Shown: positions 54,291 to 63,354, counted from the first letter of the stretch. The stretch: 64,000 nt of DNA from Micropruina sp. (GCF_047606365.1 NZ_JASGEN010000039.1:344-64343); one strand, 5' to 3'. The notes: generated from the sequence alone by a model not told the origin. Numbers and translations are program-made.

Positions 54291-55490
54291 ATGACCCCCA
54301 GCACGATCACCCAGGTCGAGGCCATCGTGACGAAGCCAGACAAGCACAACCTGGTGGTCGTGCGAGTTACCACCGACGCCGGCGCCTGGGGTCTCGGCTG
54401 CGCCACCTTCCAGTTCCGCCCATGGGCCGTCCGGAGCGCCGTCGACGACTACCTCCGGCCGCTGCTTTTGGGGCGTGACGCCAATGACATCGAGGACCTG
54501 TGGCACGTGATGCGCATGAGTTCGTACTGGCGCAACGGCCCGGTGCTCAACAACGCCATCGCGGGGGTCGATATGGCCCTGTGGGACATCAAGGGAAAGC
54601 TGGCGGGGATGCCGCTGTATCAGCTTCTCGGCGGACGGTCGCGAACGGCCATCCCCGCCTACGCCCACGCGGTAGCCGATGATCTGGGCGGCCTCTACAC
54701 CCAGATCGACAGGCACCTCGCCGACGGCTACCGCCACGTCCGGGTCCAGTTGGGCTTCTACGGCGGTAATGCGACAGATCTGCAGGCGCCCGAGAACCCG
54801 CTGCCCGGCAGCTACTACGACCCGCGCCAGTACGCGGCCACTACGCTACGGCTGTTCAAGGCGGTCCGCGACCGCTACGGCGACGACATCGAGTTGCTGC
54901 ACGACGTGCACGAGCGATTCAACCCGTCCGACGCGATCCGGTTCGCGAAAGAGTGCGAGCCTTTCGGCCTGTACTTCCTCGAGGACGTTCTGCCGCTTGA
55001 GCAGACCGCCTGGTACGAGAAGCTGCGGGCCCAGACATCGACCCCGATCGCAACGGGCGAACTGTTCAACAATCCCAAGGAGTGGGAGGAACTAGTCGTG
55101 CGTCGCCAGATCGATTTCCTGCGCATCCATGTCTCGCAGATCGGAGGCATCACGCCTGCTCTCAAGGTGGCCCACTTCGCCGATGCCATGGGCATCCGGC
55201 TGGCCTGGCACACGCCGTCCGACATCACTCCGGTCGGTTTGGCGGTCAATACCCACCTGAACGTTCACCTGCACAATGCGAGCGTGCAGGAGAACCTCGA
55301 CGTGCAGCCGAATACAGCGGCGATGTTCGCGGGCTACCCGGTGCAATCCCGCGGGTTCCTGCGGCCTTCCGACGAGCCCGGCATCGGTGTCTCATTCGAC
55401 GTGGATGCGGCCGCCGAGTTCCCAGGGGTGTTCAAGGAGCACCCCTGGACCACCAGTCGCACCGCCGACGGCACGCTCGTCACCCCGTGA
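54291..55490 (+). CDS. Enolase-superfamily acid-sugar dehydratase (D-mannonate dehydratase/RspA subgroup)
   Basis: GLGCATF, SSYWRNGPVLNNAI.GVDMALWDIKGK, LLHDVHER, FLED, ATGE, AWH.P.D. Confidence 0.88.
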   Translation: MTPSTITQVEAIVTKPDKHNLVVVRVTTDAGAWGLGCATFQFRPWAVRSAVDDYLRPLLLGRDANDIEDLWHVMRMSSYWRNGPVLNNAIAGVDMALWDIKGKLAGMPLYQLLGGRSRTAIPAYAHAVADDLGGLYTQIDRHLADGYRHVRVQLGFYGGNATDLQAPENPLPGSYYDPRQYAATTLRLFKAVRDRYGDDIELLHDVHERFNPSDAIRFAKECEPFGLYFLEDVLPLEQTAWYEKLRAQTSTPIATGELFNNPKEWEELVVRRQIDFLRIHVSQIGGITPALKVAHFADAMGIRLAWHTPSDITPVGLAVNTHLNVHLHNASVQENLDVQPNTAAMFAGYPVQSRGFLRPSDEPGIGVSFDVDAAAEFPGVFKEHPWTTSRTADGTLVTP

Positions 55491-55508
55491 CGAGGCGCGG
55501 CTCTCGAT

Positions 55509-56216
55509 CTAGAGCCGCGCCTGGTGCACCTCGCGGTCGAACCGGCTGATGTAGGACACCTCATAGTTCAGCGCGATCATCTCGCTGTGTGCGAAGACGC
55601 GACCGTCGGTCAGCACCCCGCGGCTATCGATGGCCATCGCCGGGGCTCCCCGGCGACACTCCAGGATGCTCGCGTCCTGTCGAGTCACGGTCACCGGCCG
55701 ATAGCTCGTCATGTAGTGCGAGATGCGGTAGCCGGCCCCCTCCACGAACCCCTGAACCGACTTCTCCAGAACGGCGTCCGACAAGGTCGGGAACATGGCT
55801 GCGGGCATCACCGTGCGCTCAATCTGGGAGCTCACCCCGTCAATGATTCGCAGTCGGTCGAACTGCCAGATCTCACCACCGGAGGGCAGCTGGAAGAGGA
55901 GAGCCTCATCGGCGCTCGGGGACGTGCGGTTCAGGTGCAGCACGCGCGAGTCGATCTGTTCGTACGGCGTTCGGGTCATCGTGTTGTAGATCAGAGGATT
56001 CTTACGCAGGCCCTCGCGCACGTAGGTGCCCGAACCCTGCGTGGAGCTGAGCGCTCCGATCAGCGTGAGGTTCTCGATCACCGCCTGAATGGTGAACCTC
56101 GAGACGCCGTACTCACGCGCGAACTCCCGCTGGGTCGGCAGCTTTCCCGACGGCCATTGCTGGCGGAAGATGCGACTCAAGACGTCGGCCACGATGAAGT
56201 CGACTTTCTTACCCAT
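55509..56216 (-). CDS. GntR family regulator (HutC/UTRA type)
   Basis: LPTQRE.A..YGVSRFTI, QGSGTYV, C-terminal UTRA-like region. Confidence 0.88.
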   Translation of the reverse strand: MGKKVDFIVADVLSRIFRQQWPSGKLPTQREFAREYGVSRFTIQAVIENLTLIGALSSTQGSGTYVREGLRKNPLIYNTMTRTPYEQIDSRVLHLNRTSPSADEALLFQLPSGGEIWQFDRLRIIDGVSSQIERTVMPAAMFPTLSDAVLEKSVQGFVEGAGYRISHYMTSYRPVTVTRQDASILECRRGAPAMAIDSRGVLTDGRVFAHSEMIALNYEVSYISRFDREVHQARL

Positions 56217-56227
56217 GAGCCACACCC

Positions 56228-56272
56228 AGATTCGTCTAGAAGAGCCGGTCGTCCCGGACGAATCTAGACGAT
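56228..56272. promoter_or_regulatory. Paired TCTAGA-core sites upstream of gntR (candidate operators)
   Basis: AGATTCGTCTAGA at 56228-56240 and inverted GACGAATCTAGACGA at 56257-56271. Confidence 0.55.
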
Positions 56273-56305
56273 GCGCCCGTCGTCGCGATTGCGCCGCAAA
56301 TATGG

Positions 56306-56347
56306 ATCGGGACCGGGCACCGACTACCGTGCCCGATCCCGATCCTT
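56306..56347 (-). terminator. Hairpin terminator after the E2 gene
   Basis: GGATCGGGACCGGGCAC / GTGCCCGATCCCGATCC stem, followed by ATATTT on minus. Confidence 0.55.
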
Positions 56348-56361
56348 ATTTGCCGCAGGGT

Positions 56362-57843
56362 TCAGAACATCATCGCCAGGCCGGGATCGGCCAGGATCGC
56401 CGCCACATCGCTGAGGAACTTCGACGCGAGCTCGCCGTCCACCAGCCGGTGGTCGAAGGTCAGCGACAGCGTGCACACCGAACGGATCACCATCTGTTCG
56501 TCGGCACCCTTCCCGATCACCCACGGACGGCGGGCGATGGTGCCGAGGCACATGATCGCCGACTCGCCCAGATTGAGGATCGGCGTGCCGCCATCCACGC
56601 CGAAGACGCCCACGTTGGTGATGGTGAAGGTGCCGCCCTGCATGTCCTCGGCGGAGACCTTTCCCGACTTCGCCACCTGCACCATGTTGTGCAGCGCCTC
56701 GGCCAACTGCAGCAGGTTCATCGTGTTCGCCTGCTTGATGTTCGGCACCAGCAGCCCGCGCGGGGTGGCCGCGGCGATGCCGAGGTTGACGTCCTCGTTG
56801 CGGACGATCTCGGTGGCGGCCATGTCGAGGGTCGAGTTGATGTCGGGGTTGCGGGCGATCGCCAGGCAGGCGGCCTTGGCGAAGATCAGCAGCGGCGAGA
56901 CCCGTAGCCCGGCGAACTCGCGGCGTGCCCGCAGCCGCTCCACCAGCTCCATCGAGGCGGTCACGTCGGTCTGCATGATCACCGTCGCGGTGGGCACCTT
57001 GTACGACTCGGCCATGGTGCGGGCCATCTCGCGGCGGACGCCCTTGAGCGGCACCCGCGAGGTCACCCCGGTCTGAGCCTCGGGCGTCCCGCGGGAGAGC
57101 ACGGCTGCGGTGAGCACGTCGTCAGAGGTGATCGTGCCGCCCGGCCCGGTGCCGATCACGGCGTCCAGGTCGAGACCGAGGTCGCGGGCCAGCCGGCGCA
57201 CCGGCGGTTTGGCCAGCGCCCGCTTGGCGGCCGACGGCGGCTTGGGGGTCTTGCCCGGACGGGGCAGCGGCTCGCCGCTGGCCTCGGCGCTGAGCGGTCC
57301 GGTGGTGGTCGACTGATCGATCGGACGGGACACCGGCTGGTCGGCGGCATACGAGTCGTGCACCTGGTCGGTGACCGGGCCGATCGGCTTGCCGACCCCG
57401 CCCGCGGTCTTGCGCGGACGCCGCGCCAGCGACGACGACTTCGTGCCGTAGCCGACCAGGAACGCCTCGGATTCCGGGGCGGGCTCGGCCGAGCCGGTCT
57501 GGGTGGCGGCTGCAGCCTCGGCGGGCTGCGCAGCCGGAGCCTCAGCAGGCTGAGCCGGTGGCGCATCGGTGACCTCGGTCGGCGCCTGCGGCGCAGCAGG
57601 TGCGGCGACCCCGTCGTCGATCAGCACGATCGGGGCACCCACCTCGACGGTCGCGCCCTCGTCGACCATCAGCCGGGCGATCCGGCCGGCCCACGGCGAG
57701 GGCAGCTCGACGATCGACTTCGACGTCTCGATCTCGACCAGGATGTCGTTGACCTTGACCTCGTCGCCCTCGGAGACGACCCAGCGGACGATGTCGGCCT
57801 CGACCAGTCCCTCGCCGGGATCGGGCAGGTGGAATTCCTTCAT
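56362..57843 (-). CDS. pdhC: 2-oxoacid dehydrogenase E2 (dihydrolipoamide acyltransferase)
   Basis: Lipoyl ETSKS, PSBD PPVRRLARDLGLDL..V.GTG..G.I, catalytic DHRLVDG; substrate (pyruvate vs branched-chain) not resolved. Confidence 0.9.
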   Translation of the reverse strand: MKEFHLPDPGEGLVEADIVRWVVSEGDEVKVNDILVEIETSKSIVELPSPWAGRIARLMVDEGATVEVGAPIVLIDDGVAAPAAPQAPTEVTDAPPAQPAEAPAAQPAEAAAATQTGSAEPAPESEAFLVGYGTKSSSLARRPRKTAGGVGKPIGPVTDQVHDSYAADQPVSRPIDQSTTTGPLSAEASGEPLPRPGKTPKPPSAAKRALAKPPVRRLARDLGLDLDAVIGTGPGGTITSDDVLTAAVLSRGTPEAQTGVTSRVPLKGVRREMARTMAESYKVPTATVIMQTDVTASMELVERLRARREFAGLRVSPLLIFAKAACLAIARNPDINSTLDMAATEIVRNEDVNLGIAAATPRGLLVPNIKQANTMNLLQLAEALHNMVQVAKSGKVSAEDMQGGTFTITNVGVFGVDGGTPILNLGESAIMCLGTIARRPWVIGKGADEQMVIRSVCTLSLTFDHRLVDGELASKFLSDVAAILADPGLAMMF

Positions 57844-57853
57844 CGCATTCTCC

Positions 57854-58828
57854 TCAGTAGGCCATGGATCGGTCGACGGCGTCGAGCACCCGATCGAGGT
57901 CGGGCAGGTAGGCGGATTCCACCCGGCTGGGCGGATACGGAATGTCATACCCGGTGACCCGCAGCACCGGCGCCTCCAATGAGTAGAAGCATGCCTGCTG
58001 CAGCCGGGCGGCGATCTCGGAGCCCATGCCCAGCGTCATCGCCGCCTCGTGGACGACGATCGCCCGTCCGGTCTTGGTCACCGACTCGATCACCGTGGGC
58101 ATGTCGAGCGGCGCCAGCGAGCGGAGGTCGATCACTTCGATGTTGCGACCCTCTTCGCCGGCGGCGAGCGCCGCCTCGACGCAGGTGCGCACCATCGGTC
58201 CGTAGGTGATCAGGGTGAGGTCGTCGCCGGGTTTCACCACACGCGCCTGGAACAGCGGCATCGGTTCGATCTCGGTGTCGACCTCGCCCTTCTCGTGATA
58301 GCGCCGCTTGGGCTCGAAGAACACGATCGGGTTGTTCGAGGCGATGGCCTGCTGCATCATCCAGTAGGCGTCCAGCGGGTTCGAGCAGGTGACCACCTTC
58401 AGGCCCGGCGTGTGCGCGAAATAGGCCTCCGGCGATTCCGAATGGTGCTCGATCGCACCGATGCCGCCGCCGTAGGGAATGCGGATCACGATCGGCATCT
58501 TCAGGTGCCCATGGGTGCGGAAGTAGAGCCGTGACACCTGCGAGATGATCTGGTCGTAGGCCGGGTAGACGAAGCCGTCGAACTGGATCTCGACGACCGG
58601 CCGGTAGCCGCGCATCGCCAGGCCGACCGCGGTGCCGAGAATGCCCGATTCGGCCAGCGGCGAGTCGATCACCCGGTCGGGGCCGAAGTCACGCTGCAGG
58701 TGCTCGGTGATCCGGAACACACCGCCGAGCTTGCCGATGTCCTCGCCGGCCAGCAGCACCTTGGGGTCGGCCTCCAGGGCCCGACGCAGGCCGGCGTTGA
58801 GCGCCTTCGCGAGAGTCATGGTCGCCAT
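57854..58828 (-). CDS. pdhB: 2-oxoacid dehydrogenase E1 beta subunit
   Basis: GEDIG.LGGVFR, DSPLAESGI, EIQFDGF, EHHSESPE. Confidence 0.92.
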   Translation of the reverse strand: MATMTLAKALNAGLRRALEADPKVLLAGEDIGKLGGVFRITEHLQRDFGPDRVIDSPLAESGILGTAVGLAMRGYRPVVEIQFDGFVYPAYDQIISQVSRLYFRTHGHLKMPIVIRIPYGGGIGAIEHHSESPEAYFAHTPGLKVVTCSNPLDAYWMMQQAIASNNPIVFFEPKRRYHEKGEVDTEIEPMPLFQARVVKPGDDLTLITYGPMVRTCVEAALAAGEEGRNIEVIDLRSLAPLDMPTVIESVTKTGRAIVVHEAAMTLGMGSEIAARLQQACFYSLEAPVLRVTGYDIPYPPSRVESAYLPDLDRVLDAVDRSMAY

Positions 58829-59979
58829 CAGAACGCCTCCTGAACCTGGACGTGGGTCTCGTCATCGGTGTCGGCGTCCGGATGATCGGCGAAGCCGGCC
58901 TCGTATTCGAGATACTCGTCACGCTGCTCGAGCAGCACCTCGCCCGGGTCGATCACCGTGTGATCGAAGAACTCCTCCAGGGTCGGCTCGCGCAGCGTCA
59001 GGCAACCTTCCCGGACGCGGACCGCCAACTCTTCGCATTCGGCGTCCAAGGCGTCGAGCCAGGCCTGGTCGATGGCACCACGGTTCTGCAGGTAGGTCTG
59101 CACCCGACTGATCGGGTCGCGCTGGCGCCACTGCTCGGTCTCGTCGTTGCTGCGGTACTTGGTCGGGTCGTCCGAGGTGGTGTGGGCACCCATCCGGTAG
59201 GTGTAGGCCTCGATCAGCGCCGGACCCTTGCCACGCCGCGCCCGGTCGAGCGCCCAACTGGTGACGGCATGCACGGCGAGGACGTCGTTGCCGTCGACCC
59301 GGACGCCGGGGAAACCGAAGCCGGACGCCCGGCGGTACAGCGGGATCTTCGACTGCAGCGCGATCGGTTCGGAGATCGCCCACTGGTTGTTCTGGCAGAA
59401 GAACACCACCGGCGCCGTGTACGAGGCGGCGAAGATGAACGCCTCATTGACGTCGCCCTGGCTGGTGGCCCCGTCGCCGAAATAGACCACCGCGGCGCCG
59501 TTGGCATCGGGGTCGGCGTTGCCCACCAGACCGTCGCGTTGCAGGCCCATCGCGTAGCCGACGGCGTGCAGTGTCTGGGTGCCGATCACGAAGCTGTAGA
59601 CGTGCATGCCGGGAACGTCGTTGGCCCACGGTGCCATCGCGGTGCCCCGGAAGGTGCTCAGCATCTCGACCGGGTCGACCCCCAGGTGCAGCGCGATCGC
59701 GTGTTCGCGGTAGGAGGGAAAGACGTAGTCGGGCAGCCGGGTGGCGCTGGCCGAGCCGACCTGGGCGGCCTCCTGGCCCAACGCCGGCGGCCACAGGCCG
59801 AGCTCGCCCTTGCGCTGCAGCGCCGTCGCCTCGCTGTCGAAGCGCCGGGCCAGGATCATCTCGCGCAGGTAGCCGGCGATGGTCTCGTAGCTGCCCTCGA
59901 AACTGAAGTCGGGGTGCTGAACGCGCTCACCGTCGGGGGTGAGCAGCTGGACGAAGTCATCTACAGCGGGTTCGGACAC
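58828..59979 (-). CDS. pdhA: 2-oxoacid dehydrogenase E1 alpha subunit
   Basis: GQEAAQVG, TPP motif GDGATSQGD...QNN, TYRMGAHTTSDDP.KYR; could be the branched-chain (BkdA) paralogue. Confidence 0.92.
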   Translation of the reverse strand: MSEPAVDDFVQLLTPDGERVQHPDFSFEGSYETIAGYLREMILARRFDSEATALQRKGELGLWPPALGQEAAQVGSASATRLPDYVFPSYREHAIALHLGVDPVEMLSTFRGTAMAPWANDVPGMHVYSFVIGTQTLHAVGYAMGLQRDGLVGNADPDANGAAVVYFGDGATSQGDVNEAFIFAASYTAPVVFFCQNNQWAISEPIALQSKIPLYRRASGFGFPGVRVDGNDVLAVHAVTSWALDRARRGKGPALIEAYTYRMGAHTTSDDPTKYRSNDETEQWRQRDPISRVQTYLQNRGAIDQAWLDALDAECEELAVRVREGCLTLREPTLEEFFDHTVIDPGEVLLEQRDEYLEYEAGFADHPDADTDDETHVQVQEAF

Positions 59980-60037
59980 GTCGGATCCTTTCGGGTCGCA
60001 CGAACCGGGAAATTCTGCGTGCGCTGCGCCAACTTAC

Positions 60038-60051
60038 CGGTTACGTAACCG
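60038..60051. promoter_or_regulatory. Perfect palindrome CGGTTACGTAACCG upstream of E1 alpha
   Basis: 14-bp palindrome about 60 bp upstream of the start, imperfectly extendable to 60032-60056. Confidence 0.55.
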
Positions 60052-60269
60052 TAGGTCAAAGGTCGCTGCGAGGCGCCGGCGGGTGATTGCTGGTCGATCA
60101 CGAGCGACGTCAGGCTCCTCTCCGCGGGCCTCCTCGCCCGCGTTGCCCATCCTCCACCTCACGGCGTCCGGGGTCGAGACCCCGCGCCACGGTGTCGTCG
60201 CGACGACCATCTGCCGTCACCGCATCGAGGGCGCCGCGCCCGTCGACGATCTACGCCGGGCGTCTCGGA

Positions 60270-60650
60270 CTATCGCCAGCCCGACCCGGACGCCGGGCCG
60301 TCACCGTAGTGATAGAAGCCGATCTCCACCTCACCCGAGGGACGCGGATAGCGCTCGTACCCGTCCGTCGCCGCGGGGGATTCGCGGGCATGCCTGGCCT
60401 CCGCCCGCGCACGCTCGATCATGGTCTTCTCGATCTCGCGGCGGCTCAGCCGTCCGGTCGCGTGCAACTCCTCCAACGCCTGCAGATAGGACTGTCGGCG
60501 CGCGGAGGGCCACGAATCGACCGTCTCGGCGGTGCGGGGGTACTGCTCGACGCCCCACAGCGGATCGCCCACACCGCCTGGCGCTGCCTCGCGTCCGCTC
60601 ATGTCGGGAGCATAGATCGGCCGTGCGAACGCCCCTCTCCCTCCCTCCAT
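60270..60650 (-). CDS. Hypothetical protein
   Basis: Only plausible ORF in the gap; no recognised motif; start uncertain (60650 or 60602). Confidence 0.35.
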   Translation of the reverse strand: MEGGRGAFARPIYAPDMSGREAAPGGVGDPLWGVEQYPRTAETVDSWPSARRQSYLQALEELHATGRLSRREIEKTMIERARAEARHARESPAATDGYERYPRPSGEVEIGFYHYGDGPASGSGWR

Positions 60651-60745
60651 GAGTTCAGTACAGCTTCACGATGATGAAGAAATCAGCGCTGGTGCTAATC
60701 AGTGAGTAGGGCCAGGCTGGAATCCAGATCAATCTGGAGGAGGCC

Positions 60746-60955
60746 GTGATGACAGGCATCGAGTTCGTGCTCGCGGTGGCGATCTTCATTCCCGTGGCGT
60801 GGCAGTTGGAGGCCACCCATCGGCGCACCCGCGACCTGCCCCGCATCCCGTTCGGAGCGGACGCCGAATCTGAGGCGTCCGCCAAGTACCGCCGGCAGAT
60901 CGCCGAACTCCGGCAACTGAGCCAACTGGCCGCCGGCTCCGAGCGACAAGGATGA
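60746..60955 (+). CDS. Small protein with N-terminal TM helix (LE.THRR motif)
   Basis: RBS GGAGGAGG; hydrophobic N-terminus then LEATHRRTRDLPRIPFGAD. Confidence 0.6.
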   Translation: MMTGIEFVLAVAIFIPVAWQLEATHRRTRDLPRIPFGADAESEASAKYRRQIAELRQLSQLAAGSERQG

Positions 60956-61088
60956 CCAGCGAACTCCACGACGGCCGTCGGTGCCTCCGCCCGCGAAGTC
61001 ATCTGAGCGCTCCGCTCACCATGAAGCAGCGCTGCTGTTTCGACCTCTATTCGGTGGCCGTGTTACCTCGTGCTCTACGGTGACGCTC

Positions 61089-62054
61089 ATGATGGATCTC
61101 CAGCGACTCCGGATCTACCGCGCGGTCGTCGCCGCCGGCTCCATCCAGGGCGCGGCCGCGAATCTGGGCTATACGCCGTCCGCGGTCAGCCAGCAGGTGG
61201 CGGCCCTGAGCCGGGAGACCGGGTTGGCGCTGGTCGGCAAGGCCGGACGCGGTATCGAACCCACCGACGCAGGCCTCGAGTTGGTGGCCGCGGCCGAGCG
61301 GCTGTTCGGTGAGCTCGCCGAGGTCGAGGCACGGGTGTCCGATCTGCGCGAAGGACGGGCCGGCTCGCTCAGCATGGCCTACTTCACGTCCGCGGCGATG
61401 GCGTGGATCCCCGGCATCGTGCGCCGGGTGCTGGCGGAGCACCCCCGGTTGCGGCTCGATCTTCGCGTCTTGGAGATGCCCACCGGCGAAGGTGAACACG
61501 TCGACGTCGAGGTGCTGGTGGGGTCACGCGACTTCGCCGCCCCGCCGGGCTTCCACTCCCACCATCTCCTGGACGAGCCCTACGTCGCCGTGCTGCCGCA
61601 GAACCACCCCCTCGCCGGACGCGATGAGGTCGACCTGGCCGAACTCGCCGGTGAGCGATGGATCGCGCACGACTCGGAGGAATCCTGGTGCGTGATCAAC
61701 CTGCACCGGGCCGCCGTATCGGCCGGGTTCTCCCCGCCCTACTCGGTGCGGACGGCGAACCACCCCACCGCGATCGCCTTCGTCGCCGCCGGCATCGGCA
61801 TCGCTGTGATGCCGCGCCTGTGCACCATCGACCTGCCGGCCGGCGTCGCGGGGGTCACGGTGACCAATCCCACACCGACACGCTCCATCCACCTGATGGT
61901 CCGGCGGGCGGTCGAGTCCTCCCCCGCCGTACAACTCGTCGTCGGAGGCTTGCTCTCCCACGCGCGGACGGCGTCCGAGGGCTCGGCGGGATCGGCCAAC
62001 GAATCTCAACGCTCCCCGAACTACTTAGGGCTCGCTGAATTCGGCGAGCCCTAA
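61089..62054 (+). CDS. LysR family transcriptional regulator
   Basis: DLQRLRIY.AV...GSI..AA..LGYTPSAVSQQV..L.RETG..L, T.AG; substrate-binding domain. Confidence 0.92.
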   Translation: MMDLQRLRIYRAVVAAGSIQGAAANLGYTPSAVSQQVAALSRETGLALVGKAGRGIEPTDAGLELVAAAERLFGELAEVEARVSDLREGRAGSLSMAYFTSAAMAWIPGIVRRVLAEHPRLRLDLRVLEMPTGEGEHVDVEVLVGSRDFAAPPGFHSHHLLDEPYVAVLPQNHPLAGRDEVDLAELAGERWIAHDSEESWCVINLHRAAVSAGFSPPYSVRTANHPTAIAFVAAGIGIAVMPRLCTIDLPAGVAGVTVTNPTPTRSIHLMVRRAVESSPAVQLVVGGLLSHARTASEGSAGSANESQRSPNYLGLAEFGEP

Positions 62055-62069
62055 GTAGTTCGGCGAGCG
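62010..62069. repeat. 60-bp near-perfect palindrome centred on GAATTC, overlapping the lysR 3' end
   Basis: CCGAACTACTTAGGGCTCGC pairs with GCGAGCCCTAAGTAGTTCGG; two mismatches overall. Confidence 0.85.
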
Positions 62070-62142
62070 CGAGGGTGGGGTGGCTCTGCGACACTCTGGC
62101 TCAATCTGCCGTCAGCGCTAGAGAAGGCCATACAGTCCCATC

Positions 62143-63327
62143 GTGGACCCGATCAGAAACCCGTACGCGCCGGGCGCCGGCCAGCGGCCGCCCGAACTGG
62201 CCGGACGCGACCCGCAGTTGGAGGCGTTCCGCTTCGTCATCGAACGCATCGCCCGGGGCCGTCCGGAGCGCTCCATCGTGCTGGTCGGGCTGCGCGGCGT
62301 CGGCAAGACCGTGCTGCTCAACGCCACCCGGTCGCTGGCCGTCCGAGCCGGCTGGGGAACCGGGAAGCTGGAGGCCCGCCCCGACCAGGGCATTCGCCGT
62401 CCGCTCGGGGCGGCGCTGCACATGGCCATCCGTGAACTCGGCCACCCGGACGCCACCGCCGTCCTGTCCACCCTGAAGGCCTTCGTGGAACGCGCCGCGC
62501 CGCCGAACACCAAGGCCTACGACCGGTGGAACTCGGGCATCAGCGCGCCGTCCATCGCGGGCCGGGCCGACTCGGGCGACATCGAGATCGATCTGGTCGA
62601 ACTGCTCACCGACGTGGCCGGACTGGCCGCTGACCAGGGCAAAGGCGTCGCGGTGTTCATCGACGAGATGCAGGATCTGGGTGCCGACGACGTCTCGGCA
62701 CTCTGCGCCGCCTGTCACGAACTCGGCCAGCAGAGCCTGCCGCTGATCGTCGTGGGCGCCGGGCTGCCGCATCTGCCAGCGGTGCTGAGCGCGTCCAAAT
62801 CGTACTCGGAACGGCTGTTCTCCTACGCCCGGATCGACCGGCTGGATCGTGAGTCGGCCGATCTGGCGCTGGTCGCACCGGCCGCGGACGAGGGTGCCGC
62901 GTTCACCCCCGAGGCCCTGGACGCCATGTACCGGGTCACCGGCGGCTACCCGTACTTCGTTCAGGCCTACGGCAAGGTGGTCTGGGACCTGGCGCCGAGT
63001 TCGCCGATCACCGCCGAGGACGTCGCGGTCGCCGCACCCGAGGCCGAGCACGAACTCGCGGTGGGCTTCTTCGGATCGCGGCTGGAGCGGGCCACGGCCG
63101 CCGAACGGGAGTATCTGCGGGCGATGGCGGACGCCGATGCCGACGACACCGGCACTGTGCCGTCCGCGCTGGTCGCCCAGACGCTGGGCCGCAAGCCGCA
63201 GTCCCTCTCCCCCGCCCGCGATGCGCTGATCAAGAAGGGTCTGATCTACGCCAGTGAGCGCGGCCGGATCGCGTTCACCGTGCCGCACTTCGGACGCTTC
63301 CTGCGCGCCCAGGCCGAGGCGGCCTGA
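62143..63327 (+). CDS. AAA-family ATPase with C-terminal winged helix
   Basis: NPYAPGAG..P..LAGR, Walker A GLRGVGKT, Walker B VFIDEMQ, GGYPYFVQ. Confidence 0.85.
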   Translation: MDPIRNPYAPGAGQRPPELAGRDPQLEAFRFVIERIARGRPERSIVLVGLRGVGKTVLLNATRSLAVRAGWGTGKLEARPDQGIRRPLGAALHMAIRELGHPDATAVLSTLKAFVERAAPPNTKAYDRWNSGISAPSIAGRADSGDIEIDLVELLTDVAGLAADQGKGVAVFIDEMQDLGADDVSALCAACHELGQQSLPLIVVGAGLPHLPAVLSASKSYSERLFSYARIDRLDRESADLALVAPAADEGAAFTPEALDAMYRVTGGYPYFVQAYGKVVWDLAPSSPITAEDVAVAAPEAEHELAVGFFGSRLERATAAEREYLRAMADADADDTGTVPSALVAQTLGRKPQSLSPARDALIKKGLIYASERGRIAFTVPHFGRFLRAQAEAA

Positions 63328-63354
63328 GCTTCCGCGGCCACGCGGACCGATCCG

